The notes beneath the pieces are model-generated. The model was given only the letters and a program-made list of their open reading frames with translations. It did no database searches and was not told where the DNA came from. Made by a program: the position numbers and the translations under genes. A DNA stretch of 64,000 bases, from NCBI GenBank assembly GCA_017654855.1, contig CM030335.1, positions 1,364,001 through 1,428,000 of the forward strand, given 5' to 3'. How positions within the stretch are numbered: position 1 is the stretch's first letter; each line of letters starts with the position of its first letter. Positions 49,057-62,899 of this stretch are shown here, in pieces. Source of the DNA: Podospora anserina (taxonomy: Eukaryota).

Positions 49057-50477
49057 ATGGCACCAGGACGAAAACCAAAGTCCGCTGGCCCGGCGCCGCC
49101 GTCGTCAACCCTAGTTCTCGATAATGGGGCTGACACCATCAAGGCAGGCTTTGTCACCGTCGACGACGACACGGGCGATAAGGCGCCCCGCGTCATCCCT
49201 AATTGCATCGCCCGCGACCGCCACAACAAGACCTATGTCGGCGCCGAGCTGGAAAAGTGCAAGGATTTTGGCGAGATTACCTTCCGGAGGCCAGTAGAGA
49301 AAGGATTTATCGTCAACTGGGAAGCTCAGAAGGAAATCTGGGACCGCGCCTTCTTTGACGACAAAGCCCCCCAAAGATGCGATCCCTCGACAACCCGCTT
49401 GGTGCTCGCTGAGCAGCCAAACTCGCTACCAGCTCTTCAGACACATTGTGACCAGATTGTATTTGAAGAGTATGGATTCTCCAGTTATTATCGGGGCATC
49501 GGTGTGTTTTGCCTTGTCCTCTTGGGCCCTTCTTTTTCTGCGCAGATGCTGACAGTGTCTGGTCACCAGGCCCCTCGTTCAACGCCTACCAAGACATACA
49601 GGCCATATTCCACACCCCAAGGACCCCCGATACTATCATTGATGTACCCGCCGAAGTTATTTTGTTGATAGATTCAGGATACTCCCACACAACCGTGACG
49701 CCCATCTTGCAAGGAAGGCCGCTACACACCGCCATTCGGAGACTCGATGTAGGCGGCAAACTGCTGACCAACCACCTTACCCGCCTACTCTCTGTGCGCC
49801 ACTTCGATATGCGTAACGAGACATACATTGTGAACGAGATGAAGGAGGCCGCCTGCTATGTTTCTCTGGACTTCAAGGGAGACCTTGACAAGACGTGGAA
49901 GGGCACGCGAGGAGAACGACGAAAGGACTACGCCACCGGTGGGGGTATCGCAAAAGATTATGTACTCCCTGACTCCCACACGCGATTTCACGGTATTGTT
50001 CGAGACCACGAGCCAGGTGCTGCCGCTCGGGCAAGGAAGAGCGCCGTCTCCACCGAGGATATCTTGACTCTTCGAAATGAACGCTTCTCTGTGCCCGAGC
50101 TGCTGTTCAATCCGACCGACATTGGGCTTCGGCAGCCTGGACTGGCGGATCTGGTTATGCAGTCACTTTCGGTCCTCCCTGTGGGGCTGTGGCCAGGACT
50201 GCTGGCCAATATAGTGGTGGTAGGAGGGAACGCAAAGTTTGTCAATTTTATCCAGCGTCTTCAGGTTGAGTTGCTGGAAAGAGTCCCGGACGAATGTGTG
50301 GTCCGGGTAGCCCGTCCCGAGGACCCCATTGTCAGCACCTGGCTGGGTGCTGCCAACTTTGCCAGGCATGAACACGCAGACCGATTGGCAGTGACCAAGC
50401 AAGAATATGAAGAACACGGAGCCGCGTGGGTGGCTCGGAAGTTTGCGCTTGGGCTTGGGGTTGATACATTAAGATGA
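49057..50477 (+). CDS. ARP6: Actin-related protein 6 (SWR1 complex); intron 49502-49569
   Basis: LVLDNGADTIKAG, RRPVEKGFIVNW, IDSGYSHT, NERFSVPELLF. Confidence 0.92.
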
Positions 50478-50932
50478 AAACATGTAAAATATACCTTAGC
50501 TATGATACCCCAACCCCCCAACCCCACACACACACCCAAGATTTGTCTTGTTTGTATAGTAATGCATTCTTTTGGCAGAAAACCTGATTGGCCTTTAAAG
50601 CCACAAGGTATTCGGTAGCTCTTTCTTTCACTTCCACCAGATTGAGATGCCAAGCATTTGAGCCATTTGGAGTGTGCATTTAGCATTTTATAGGTTGCTC
50701 GGTTGGCAGGTGGGGCAGCTGCGCTAGCTTTATCTAGGCCTTAGCGCTACTACAAGCTTGCCCGGCGCACGCCAAGGTAACTTTTGGCCTTGCCCACTTC
50801 CCTGGGAATTTGAACCTTGAATTCAAAATCTGGATACCCAACGGTCGAGTCGGAGCGCGTTCAGCTTTGGTCGCCAGAATCAACGTCCGACCAACATCGC
50901 CTCGCCGGCATCAGTGGATCAAGGCGACCAAC

Positions 50933-53431
50933 ATGTCCTACAACTCACGGCGACAACAGTCGAAACACGGCTACGACAGCCAGTCGCGCGATTATCGCCA
51001 CGGCAATGATCGCAACAACCGTGACCGCTCCTCGCGTGCCCGCGTTTCGTCCCCCCCGCCCCGCCGAGACTACAGGGACAATGGCGACTCTTATCGCCCT
51101 CCCAGTCCCTCATCGAACAGTTATGGCCATTCAAAGCACAACGGATACGACTCCCGCTCGTCCTACGGAGCCCCCGCACCCGCGCCGCCAGCACACAATC
51201 CTCCTCCTCAGCCCTCGTATCCGCCCCCGCCGGGTGTCGACAACTACCGTATGCCGCAAAGCGACTTCACCTTTCGGGTAGAGAAACCTGTCGGACTGCA
51301 GCAGGAGCCGGACTCTTACCGGCCCCAGAACAACCGCAGACCTCGCAATGATCGGGGGCCTCAAGGTGGCCGTGGAGGGCGTGATTTCCGCAGCGGCCCA
51401 GGTGCCCGAGGTCGTCTAGGCCGAGGTGGGAAGTTTCGCCAACCATGGCGACCATTTGTGGCTGCCGAGCGAGATCTTCTTCACACCGACCACAATGTTG
51501 GTGACGAGCAAGCATTCTTTGACGAGCAAGGCGGCGTAACATACAGAAATCTGGACGAGCTCTCAGATAGCGAAGAGGCCGAGATGGATATCTCTGGTGA
51601 CGAAGAGAACAGCGACGCTGAACCGTCCAGCAAACGAGCCCGGGTTTCGATCGATCAGTCGGCTGCCGATGATGTGCCAAAGTGGTCCAACCCCGACCCT
51701 TACACAGCTTTGCCGCCGGAGACTTCTGGCCAAAAGAAGAAAGACGTTGTGCAACTGATCCGCAAGGCCCGTGTTCAGGCCAAGGAGACCAGGACATCAC
51801 TCCCTAGTGAGGCTGCTGACTTCATCTCCCTTGACTTTGATGACAGTGACGATGGCCATGACAGCGAGGACAGCGAGCATATCAAGGAATCCGATCTGGT
51901 ATCTACAAGCAAACCAGGGCTGGAGAGTGCCCCTGCAGCCAAGGACACAACTCTCCCCCACAAGGATACTGGTTCTGGTAGGCCATCTAGAGTTCCGGTT
52001 CTGATGCCCGATCCCACCCCTGCTGCGTTGGGTAGCCGAAAACGCACGCATGACGATCGGATAAAAATGCCCCATACAAGGATCAAGAGACCGGCCAAGG
52101 CGCCCTCGGGGGGGCACATCATCCCGGAATGGCGAGCACTTCCTCATACGTCAGTCACTCCTTGGTTACGAATGGACAACTCAGATTCGAAAGATCCCAT
52201 AGTCTGGTATGTCCGTTTTGAACCCCTTACATGAACCGCAACTAATGCTGTCTTCCGTAAGGCTTCACAAGGAGATCGTGGATTTTTATGACTATATCAA
52301 ACCCCGAGAATTTGAGCAGCACCTCCGTCATGATCTGGTGCAACGGATGAGATCATTCTGTCGCCGATACTGGCGTGACTCGGACATGCAACCTTTTGGC
52401 TCGTTTCCATCTGGCCTCTACCTCCCAACTGGTGACATGGACATGGTCATGGTATCCGACAGCTACCTGCACGGCGGGCCTGCGAAATACAACTTGAAGA
52501 AGCATCTCTGGCAATTCAAGAACTTTCTTTTGAGAGAAGGATTGGCTTGGGAAGATGATATCGAAGTCATTACGAGAGCTAAAGTCCCACTGACCAAGTT
52601 TGTTGACCAGAAAACAGGCCTCAAGGTTGACATCTCGTTCGAGAACAGCACGGGAATCACTGCTATTGAAACGTTTTTGGCCTGGAAAGACATGTATCCG
52701 GGAATGCCTGCGTTGGTGACTCTGATCAAGCATTTCCTGTTGATGCGAGGTCTCAATGAACCGGTGAATGGCGGAATCGGTGGCTTCTCGGTCATTTGCC
52801 TCGTCGTGAGCATGCTCCAGATGATGCCCGAAGTGCAGAGCGGGGCTATGGACACGCGCCGTCACCTCGGTGACCTCCTGATGCACTTTTTCGACTTGTA
52901 CGGAAACAAGTTTGACTACCAGAACGTTGCCATTCGCCTCGACCCGCCCGGCTATATCAGAAAGGTTAGTCTGTTCCTTTGCATGAGGCCACTCCATTCG
53001 CCATGGCTAACTCTGAACAGACTCAAGTGGACTCGTTTGCATATAAGAATTACGACCGGCTCTCCATCATTGACCCCAACAATGAAGAGAATGACATCTC
53101 AGGCGGGTCCAGCAACACAGGCAGCATTTTCGCCTTGTTCGCCCGGGCTCACGACGATCTGCGACACAAGATGCGGTCCCTGGCGGAGGATCCTCGCAGA
53201 GGAAAGGGCAGCATTCTCGGTGTCATCATGGGGGGCAACTACTCGAGCTTTGAAGAGCAGCGCAGTTTCCTGGAGAGTTTGGCTAACCAGCAGCCGGGAT
53301 CGCCGCTTCCAACAAGACCCCGATCTCACCAGCAAACTCATCATCAGTCTCATCAGTCGCACCCAACGCATCAGTCTCATCATACTTCCGACCGTCGCCG
53401 CAATACTCGAGGTAGCAGGAGGCGGCCCTGA
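50933..53431 (+). CDS. TRF4: Trf4/Cid14-like non-canonical poly(A) polymerase (TRAMP); introns 52207-52261 and 52965-53020
   Basis: WLHKEIVDF, FGSFPSGLYLPTGDMDMV, KVDISFEN, GGIGGFSVIC, SIIDPNNEENDISGGS. Confidence 0.88.
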
Positions 53432-53726
53432 CTTTGGGCACCGCTTGACACCTTTGGCAAGAGTTACGAGAGAAGTGCGGGCAACATCATCATGTCCATT
53501 TTTGGGGCACGTAGTTACTCAGTTGGAGCATGGACGTCAGGGTTTCCACCCAACAGGATAGCCGAGCTCCCTGACCGCGGCTGTAGGGCTGGGTCTGTGT
53601 CGACACCCCTTATGCTTTTGCGGCCCTTCACCTTGACTCTTCAGGTGTTTAGGCGGTTGTCACGTTTGTAAAGCAGCGAGGCTGAAGTGATGACAGAGTC
53701 TACGTCGCAGCTCTTGGCTTGCAGGT

Positions 53727-53769
53727 GGCCTCTGTGGTTATTGAGGCCTCTGTGGTTATTGAGGCCTCT
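53727..53769. repeat. 18-bp tandem duplication (GGCCTCTGTGGTTATTGA, about 2.4 copies)
   Basis: Two perfect units plus a 7-bp partial third. Confidence 0.9.
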
Positions 53770-55377
53770 TTGCCATGCATACTTACCCAATATTGTAGTG
53801 TAGAGCGAGGACAGGCAGCCCGACCGTCGCCGAACCAAAGGCTGCCCGCCTATTCGCAGTCTTTTGCGCCGTGTATTACATAGGCCGTCATCCGGTTCTA
53901 ATCAACCCACGAATTCTTCCTTTTTTTTTCCAGTTTCCATCTTCGATTTCAGTGAAACTAACATGGAAAGATAACAGGTGTTGAGGGCATCCTGGGGGCC
54001 ATTTCACGCAAGACATCAAAGTCCTGTCGGGTATTGGAAGCTATTCCCATGATATAGGTATGCTTTCCACTGTCCACCCTTTTCTCACTGCATGCTGCAC
54101 ACGTTGGCGGGTGGCTGCGGGGAGGATTGGGGGTGGGTGGGTGGAGGATCGGGAACAAAGGAGGGAGGTGAGGCGTGGTAATTCTTGGCTCCCGTCGCTT
54201 GGCAAGGCATTGAAGATCTGCCAAGGAGGACCCCAGGACCGTTTGGCCCCGTGCGCCGGGGACGGTCCAGGATTAAGCTCAACGGCTGCCCCACGGGGGT
54301 CGGGATGATGACGATTGGGGAGGTTCTGACAACGGCGTTGCCTCGGCCACACTTTATTCTGGCAGAAGTCCCATACCGGCCAATCCGATGGACACGATGA
54401 TGGCAAGGCGTCAAGCTTTGGGTAGCGTGCATTTATCCTGCACGACCTTGAGAAAGTCACCTGCTGTTGTCAGAATTGTATGGATACCTACCTACAGTGC
54501 CTATTTACACACCAATGGGCGTATTGCAACGTCCCCTCCCACCACCAAAGCAGCCGTTGAAACGAACCACGGCATATGCCGCCCGCATCTCTGTTTTTAT
54601 TTTTTCCTACTACTCTTGCGGCGGGGAATTTTCTCCACCAACCGGTTTTATCTGTGTGAGTAAAACGCCACGTGAACATGGGGGTAGAGACGAGTATCAG
54701 AGGATGAGGTTTCAAGGTTTCTGATGGGGCAAGTAACACTGCAAGGATGCCGGTGATTAAGAACAATAAACGCAGGAGAGACATTTCGGAACAATTTTCA
54801 TCTGGCCTTGCGGGAACTCGCAGGGTTACTGGCATGGTGAGGTTTGGTGGGCCAATTAGGGGGGGCACCTGTTTGGGGTAATATATTGATGGTCTTGGGT
54901 TGTACGATGGTTGGCAATGAGATGGTAAGCTTAATTCGTTTATTGGGAGGGAGAAGGGAGGAGGCATGAGAACGGGCCGGATGGGATGGGGTGTGGGAGG
55001 AGGTTGTGCAACGTTGGGTTTTACTTACTGGACAGGATGGATATTGGTCGTATGAGGTACCTATGGTATGGATGGGGTGCCGTTGATATCCGGGGAGGTG
55101 TTCCCGGTTGAGTGGGAGATGCAAAAAGTGCCATGCTTTCCTACGGGCGCGGACCTTGGAAAGAGAGGAAAGCTTTACGTCTCGTGGGCTCATGTGGGCG
55201 CTGCTTTCTGGTCTCGTATCCCACCTTCTACTTTGGGGGAGGGTTACCGACACTGCTGGCTGCTGATCGTTTGATTGTTTGGTGGTTTTATATCAGGTCG
55301 TGCCATGGTCAAAAATTTGGTTGTGCTTGATCAACCGACAGCACTTCTTCAGCGGTGCTTGAGGCTGTTCAGACACC

Positions 55378-57265
55378 ATGTATCAGGCAAGCAATGTTTA
55401 CTTTATATGCGGGTTTGCCGCCATTGGTATGTTTCCTTCTGCTGTTCTTCCTGATCTCCTTCTTTTCTGACGACTTTGGACGCTTTGTGGCTGAAACGAG
55501 ACAAACACTGACAATGACAACCCCCAGGCGGCGCCCTCTTCGGCTTCGACATCTCGTCTCTGTCGGGCACCCTAGGCACCCAAGCCTACAAGCGCTACTT
55601 CAACAACCCAGTTTCATACACACAGGGAGGCATCACCGCCTCCATGCCCGCTGGGTCCTTGCTGGGATCTCTCGTCTCGTCGTTCCTGGCGGATAAGTAC
55701 TCGCGCAAGGTGGCGCTACAAATCTCTTGCGTGCTATGGATTACCGGTTCCATTCTCATGACGGCCTCCCAAAATGTTCCGATGCTGTGTATAGGCAGGG
55801 TGGTGTGCGGTTTCTCGGTTGGCATCGCGTCGGCGATTGTGCCAGTGTACCAGAGCGAGATTGCGCCCAAGGAGATCAGGGGCAGAGTAGTGAGCTTGCA
55901 ACAATGGGCTATCACCTGGGGTATCTTGATGTGAGTTTGACCCCTTCCACACTTTCTTTTTTTCTTTCAGTTTTCCCCTTTCTCTCGTTCGGAGATAGTT
56001 TGAGCTAACGCAAGAATCAAGTCAATATTTCATCCAGTTCGGAGCTGCTCATGGCACTGGAGGTGGACCAAGCGATCCCGATCAACCAACCGCCGCCTTC
56101 CGAATCCCATGGGGCATTCAAATGGTGCCTGCTGTCATCCTCTTCGTCGGTCTCTTCTTCTTCCCTTACAGTCCTCGTTGGTTGGCGTCCAAGGATCGAT
56201 GGGAGGAGGCTCTCCAGGTTCTGGCGAACCTACATGGGAAGGGAAATGCTCGCCATCCCAAGGTACTGGCGCAGTATCAGGAGATTGAAGATGCCTTGAA
56301 GTTTGAGAGAGAGCAGGCTGTGTCTTCATTCAAAGCCCTCATTGAGCCAAGGATGTTGAAGAGGGTGGCACTGGGCATGAGTATTCAGATGTGGTCTCAG
56401 CTGTGTGGCATGAACATCATGATGTAGGTCTCCTATCATGTTACCATCTTTTCACGCGAGGGGATGGAAGACTAACATTATGACCAGGTACTATATCGTC
56501 TACATCATGGAAGGCGCCCAGATTGCCTCTCCTTTGGCTACAGCATCGATTCAATACGTCATCAACGTGGTGATGACCCTACCAGCCATCCTCTTCCTCG
56601 ATAAATGGGGCCGTCGTCCCTCCCTGATCTATGGATCATTCGGCATGATGACTTGGCTGTTCATTTCTGGTGCCCTGCAACAATATTACGGACTTCCCAA
56701 CACGGAGGAGACGAGAACGCCCGACAACAGCGACATCACCTGGATTGTTATTAACAACCGGCCTGTTTCGTCCGCCATTGTCTCGTGCTCGTACTTGTTT
56801 GTCGCTACATTCGCCACAACTTGGGGTCCTGTCTCGTGGACCTACCCAGCGGAGATTTTCCCGTCTAAGATCCGTGCCAAAGCTGTTTCGCTTTCAACAT
56901 CGGCTAATTGGTTCTGGAACATGGTACTTGCCTTTGCTGTGCCGCCGCTGTTGTGGAACATCTCTTACAAAATGTACTACATCTTTGCTGCATTTAACGG
57001 GGCGGCTTTCATCCACATGGCACTGATGGCGCCAGAGACGAAAGGGTTCACACTGGAGGAGATGGATGAGGTATTTGACTCGGGGAGGCCAGCTTGGAAA
57101 AAGTTTGATAGGGGAAGCAGGTTGGAGGAGCTGGAGAGAGAGATTGAGAGGGGGAATGTCAAGGTCTCGGTGCCTGCTGGTGGTCGACCCGTGGCCGGCG
57201 ATCCAGAGCAGGGCGTTGAGTTGAAGAAGGTGGCTACTCCTCCGGCTGGAACCCCTATCTCATGA
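55378..57265 (+). CDS. Sugar porter MFS transporter (HGT1-like high-affinity hexose transporter group), 3 introns
   Basis: GGALFGFDISS, QGGITASMPAGS, VPVYQSEIAP, QQWAITWGI, QLCGMNIMMYY, PETKG. Confidence 0.9.
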
Positions 57266-58034
57266 GGCTTAGGAGCAAATGGGAAGAATTGGGAGCAGCG
57301 GTTGGTTTTCTGGCGGCTTTTGATGACCAAAAGGGTTGTTAGGTTGAGAAAACCGGGGACATTTGGCTTTTGAAGGTCTGTTGATGGGGTTGAATCTATC
57401 TACTGTTCCCACATGCATAGGCGAGCGCATAGCGGGCTGTTAAACCTTGTATAAAGGAAGTTTTAATTGTAATTTGATGCTTGTGTGCTCTGTGTAGATA
57501 TGTGTCCTTAGCTCTGACAAGTCCTTACCGTCAATCCAGAATAGCTTCAAAGAGCGGCACACCAATGTAAACAAAAGGGCGTATCTCCGTACTTAAATCC
57601 TAAACCCCGAAAGCTCAACCCTCGTATGTGTTGCCAAGCATCATGATTTCAAGACTTGGGCATCAATAATCTCAGTCTGGTGGAGTGGATACAGGCACAA
57701 GCGATGCAGCAACGGAAGCGAGTGTTCCGCTCCTACGTCAAGCTCTGACGATGCAGGTCCCACGTCTTGCGCTTCAATCGGTACCAATGTCTTAACCCCT
57801 TTTAACCCCGTGGAGGTTGCCCCTCAACCTGTGCGGGGTAGCTTCATGTTTGTGACAAGCCGAGCGTGGAGACCAAGGAGGCAAAGAAAACACCTCTGTG
57901 GATAGATGGACGCCGTGCATAAGTAGCAAGTATCCTACGTCAGACCTCTCTTGGTCATCTTCTAGAGAATCAACCGCGATTCAACAACACATCCTCACCC
58001 AAGGTCTTCCAAAAGCCCCCAGCAGTCAGTGAAA

Positions 58035-59185
58035 ATGAGCGGCCCTCCTAAGACGCAGGCTCTCATCGACTCTCTCGCCAACTCAAAATGCGAATACCGC
58101 CGCCTAGGCCAGTCAGGCCTCCGTATCTCGGTCCCTATCTTCGGCTGCATGTCTTTCGGCGACTCCCGCGCCATGAGCTGGGCAGTCGACGAGGAAAAGG
58201 CCCTCCCCCTCCTCAAAGCAGCCTACGACCGCGGACTCAACACCTGGGACACGGCCAACATGTACTGCAACGGCGCCTCTGAAGTCCTCATTGGGAAAGC
58301 CCTCAAGCAGTACGACATCCCCCGCCACAAACTCATCATCATGACCAAGTGCTTCTGGGCAGTCGGCGAAGAAATCGAGCTTGCCGCCTGGCAGAACAAT
58401 AAGGAGATGGTGACCAAGTCCAAGGACTACGTCAACCAGGGTGGTCTGTCAAGAGCGGCGATTTTCAACCAGGTCGAGGCGAGCTTGAAGAGGCTGGATA
58501 CGGATTACATTGATCTGCTGCAGATCCACCGCTTCGATCCCGAGACGCCCATCGAGGAGACGATGAAGGCGCTGCACGATCTTGTGCAGAGCGGGAAGGT
58601 GAGGTATTTGGGAGCGAGCAGCATGTGGGCGACGCAGTTTGCAAGGATGCAGTTTTGTGCCGAGAGAAACGGTTGGACCAAGTTTGTCTCGATGCAAAAT
58701 CACTACAACTTGCTGTATCGTGAAGAGGAAAGGGAGATGAACAGGTTCTGCAACGACACTGGGGTGGGATTGATTCCATGGGCGCCGTTATGCAGGGGCC
58801 ATTTGGCCCGGAGGCTGGATCAGTTTGGATCGACGGATAGGAGTAAGGGGGAGAAGGATAACCAGCCTGGGGCCCATGGTACAGTCGAGCCTGACATTAC
58901 TATTATCAAAAGGGCCATTGAGTTGGCGGACAAGCATGAGTGGCCTGTGAGTAGCCCCCTCTTCTGTTTGGGTATGCATATGATGACTGACTGATCTGTT
59001 TGAAATAGATTTCCCACGTTGCATTGGCTTGGATCAACAAGAGAGTTGCCAGTCCCATTGTCGGGTTCAACAGCATTGAACGGATGGAGGAGGTGATTTC
59101 TGCCAACGGCAAGGTGTTAACGGAGGAGGAGGAGAAGTATCTTGAAGAACTCTACCAGCCAAAGGCTATCCAAGGCCACGCTTAG
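58035..59185 (+). CDS. Aldo-keto reductase (aryl-alcohol dehydrogenase-like subfamily); intron 58947-59008
   Basis: [49 protein letters not shown]; ends IQGHA-TAG. Confidence 0.92.
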
Positions 59186-59906
59186 TGGGCGTCTGCCTAT
59201 ACTAGATATTTGACTTGTATATTTAATTAGAGCCTTGCAGTTATTTCGCACATCAACTTTTGAAGACTAGGTATGTTCTCTGTTGTTATGCTCAATACGA
59301 TTCAGACAACTCATGCAGCCGTGTTTGTTCTCTGTAGTAGTAAAAAGAGACGAATAATGCTTGAAATGATTCAGAATTTGTCATACAAAGACCTTTCAAG
59401 CAAACAAGCTCGGACAACTAAGGTCCCAACCATGGTAGCCTAAGCCACCTAGAGGATGTTGGACTCAGCCTCTTTATGGCCGAGAAACTTTGAACCTATC
59501 TTTTCTAACTGATGTTTCGCCTTGTCCTCTACTTGTGCAACCCCCAGAGAATATTTGTATCACCTGGCTTGTTTAACAGGTGCACTGCTCCGTATCACAT
59601 TCGGAGGGCTACATATCTATTGCTGCACAGCATCTGAGTCTAAACACCCCTTTGTCTTGAGGTCATTAGGAAGGCAACCCTGTGCAACACCAGACTAAGC
59701 AGACCCAAGCTTTTGCTTTTGGACCTAAAGCTAGAGTGATTGACACAACAACCCTTGTGACTGAGATGATAAATACCCAGGGGCTGAATGTAGCTCATGT
59801 TGCTGAAGTCGGCAAGCCCTTGTAGTACTGCATGCAGTAGAGAAAGCCAAAATAATACGCAATGCATCACCTCTGCATGAGGAGGGATTGGGAAAAAAAC
59901 ACAGGC

Positions 59907-59996
59907 CGATCAAGATGGGACTCGAACCCACAACCTCAGTCTTGAAATTCCTCAATTGAGTAGGAGGACCACACGCTACCATTGCGCTACTTGACC
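59907..59996 (-). tRNA. tRNA-Arg(CCT) with an 18-nt intron
   Basis: Acceptor stem GGTCAAG/CTTGATC, D arm GCGC-AATGGTA-GCGT, anticodon loop CT CCT A + intron, T loop GGTTCGAGTCCC, downstream T7 run. Confidence 0.92.
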
Positions 59997-60460
59997 TGGT
60001 TGGATTTGTTGAAGTTTTGAGTCAGGAAATGGGTCAAGTGTGGAGGACCACGCAAGCCAACTGATGTTGAGGTTTCATTGATGTTGATTGGTGTTGTTTG
60101 ATTCAAAGGTTAGGGTTAATATATCAAGGAAGCTTCGAGAAGGCGGAACAGCTTCTTCCTCTCGGCGCGATGGGACATCAATGCTTGTGGGCTGTGATAC
60201 GGATAACGGCAAACACCGACCGGGGGGTGTTCCGGAGCCGCACCGCGTGTTGATCACACAGAGCACCGCCTCGCCGAAGCAGGCTTCATCCGAGTACGGG
60301 ACGAACCGCATTGAGCATCGGGGCCAGATCAATCTCCCCGAAACAGAGATGGTGGGGATTTCCTGAGAGATCAGACGAGGGTTCAGCATCAGCTGAGATG
60401 ACCAAGATGAGATTGGCGAGTTTCCACGTTTTCTTGTCAGTTCGGCTTCCAAAAAAGCAG

Positions 60461-60484
60461 ACGGCTTCACGGCTTCACGGCTTC
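60461..60484. repeat. 3 x 8-bp tandem repeat ACGGCTTC upstream of the DHA1 gene
   Basis: ACGGCTTC ACGGCTTC ACGGCTTC. Confidence 0.85.
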
Positions 60485-61221
60485 AACCTTGTTCGACTTT
60501 GGCGCAAGGCTTGCGCTGTTGTGCAAAGGGGGGCGGAGATTGACCGAGTCCACTTGGGTTGGTTTGAGCTCGGAACCAAACTGCTGATTGGACACCGGCC
60601 GCTCCTGAAGCGAAAAATCATTTTTGCCGTGGTGTTTTGGGACGGGTCGACAGGCGCCAAAAGTCATCCTGTGGGGCCCCGGATTTCGCAGCTTCCGGAG
60701 ACTTATGCACAAGTTATGCATTGCCGTTGATGAATGGCCGACGTCTCTGACGTGCAGGACTTGATAGAACCGGTTTGAAAATTGTCACGAGGAGTGGCGG
60801 TTGACTGCAAGGCACGAGTGGCATGCGTCAATTCGTCATCATCTCTATTTTGAATCAGTCGAGACAGATGTGTTTGTAGTACAGAAGTTACAATGTCGTT
60901 GACGCTCCGGCCGAGGCATAACCTTTTAATGAAGATGCTCCGTGCTTGGCACCCGACCCTGGGAGACGAGTGTACCGGGTTTGTGCCAAGCCGAGGTCGG
61001 GAATAATGCAACCAGGCATCTTGTCGCCAGACCACACCCGGGTTTTCGGGGAGTTAGCAGGCGCAACAGTCCGCGTTGCCCTGTCGCGGACCGTTAGCGC
61101 CAGGTACAAAAACGATGGGTGCCCTCCCTCTTCGTGGCTCTTCTTGGCCAGATGCGATCTCCCGTCAGCCAAGAATCTCTTCCCAGATCCCCGGATTGGC
61201 ATCATCCCATTTTCGGACATA

Positions 61222-62899
61222 ATGGCAGCTGAACGCACAGGATCCCAAGACTCCATGATCGAGATGGACGCTCAAAACAAAATGACAGAAAAGCCGGCCG
61301 CCTACGACCCCAACTCGGACTTCGAAGCCGCCACTATCGTGCCCGACCCATCAGAGAGAGGAACCACTTCAGGCAAAGACTCACCCGCCGTGAACGATGA
61401 GGCTGTTCAGGATCCCAACATTGTCGACTTCGACGGTCCCGAGGACATGGACAACCCCATGAACTGGCCCATGAAGAAGAGGTGGCAGAACATCGCCGTC
61501 ATCTCTGTTCTCACCATCATCACCCCCCTCGGCAGTTCCATGTTCGCACCCGGCATCCCCAGAATCTTGGCCGAGTTTGAAGAGAGCTCTTCCACCGTCG
61601 CTACCTTCATTCTCAGCGTTTACATTCTCGGTTTCGCCTTCGGACCTCTCCTCGTCGCTCCTCTGAGTGAGATTTACGGCAGATCTGTGATGTACAACAC
61701 GGGCAACGTCTTCTTTTTCATCTTCACCATCTGCACGGCTCTTTCCAATGGCATTCCAATGATGATGGCCTTCCGCTTCCTCATGGGTGTGGCCGGTTCA
61801 GTTCCTATCACTCTCGGCAGTGGCAGTATCTCCGATATGATGCCTGTCGAATTCCGCGGTCGTGCCATGGCAGTCTGGGCCATTGGACCTCTTCTGGGAC
61901 CATGCATTGGTCCGGTGGCTGGTGGCTACCTCATTCGCGCAGCTGGCTGGCGTTGGGTCTACTGGCTCATTGCCATCGTCACTGGCCTCATCGCCGTCTT
62001 CACCTTCTTCACCCTCCGCGAGTCCTACGCGCCCGTCATCCTCGAGCGCAGAGCCGCTCGCCTCCGCAAAGAAACCGGTAACCCCCTCCTCCGCTCCAAG
62101 CTCGCCGACAACACCACCACTCCGGCCGAGAAGCTCAAGACCGCCCTCGTACGCCCCATGTACTTCCTCTTCCGCGTCCCCATCGTTACCCTCCTCTCCC
62201 TCTATGTCGCCGTCACCTATGGTATTCTCTACCTCCTCTTCACCACCTTCTCACTTGTCTTCGGTCAGAACACGCTTGGCAGCAGCTACGGCTTCGGGGA
62301 GGGTGAGGTCGGTCTTGTCTTCATTCCCTCCGCCATTGGCATGGCTCTCGGAATTGCAATCTTCGGTGCCATGAGCGATAAGCTGGTCACGCAAAAGATC
62401 AGCAGCGGAGAGAAGCACAAGCCCGAGATCAGACTCACACCCTTCCTGACCATTCCCGCCGGTGTCACGCTTCCTATCGGCTTGTTCTTGTACGGCTGGA
62501 CCACCCACTATGGCGTTCACTGGATCGTTCCCATGATCGGCGTTGTGATTTTCTGCTTCGGACTCATGGGTATCATGATGGCTTGCCAAAACTACTTGCT
62601 GGTCAGTACTTGCTTCGTCCTTTTGAAGGCCGAAACCAAAGTTGCTAACATGATTTCAATAGGATGTCTACCCTCAAAACGCCGCCTCTGTCACCGCCGC
62701 TCTTGCTGTGCTCAGATCTCTTGCTGGCGCCCTCCTCCCTCTGGGCGCTATCGACATGTACATTGCCCTTGGCCTTGGATGGGGCAACTCCCTCCTTGGT
62801 TTCATCTCCCTCGGGCTGATTCCCATCCCTCTTCTCTTCTTCTTGTTCGGAGAGAGGATCAGAGGCGTCAAGAAGGTGCCCACCGCCACTGAGGCCTGA
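61222..62899 (+). CDS. DHA1 family MFS drug:H+ antiporter; intron 62602-62662
   Basis: [49 protein letters not shown]; spliced end [11 protein letters not shown]. Confidence 0.92.

Noticed and set aside
60946..61221. In-frame non-ATG N-terminal extension of DHA1 (similar ones at 16503 and 50810)
   Set aside because: No supporting motif; ATG-initiated models are already complete
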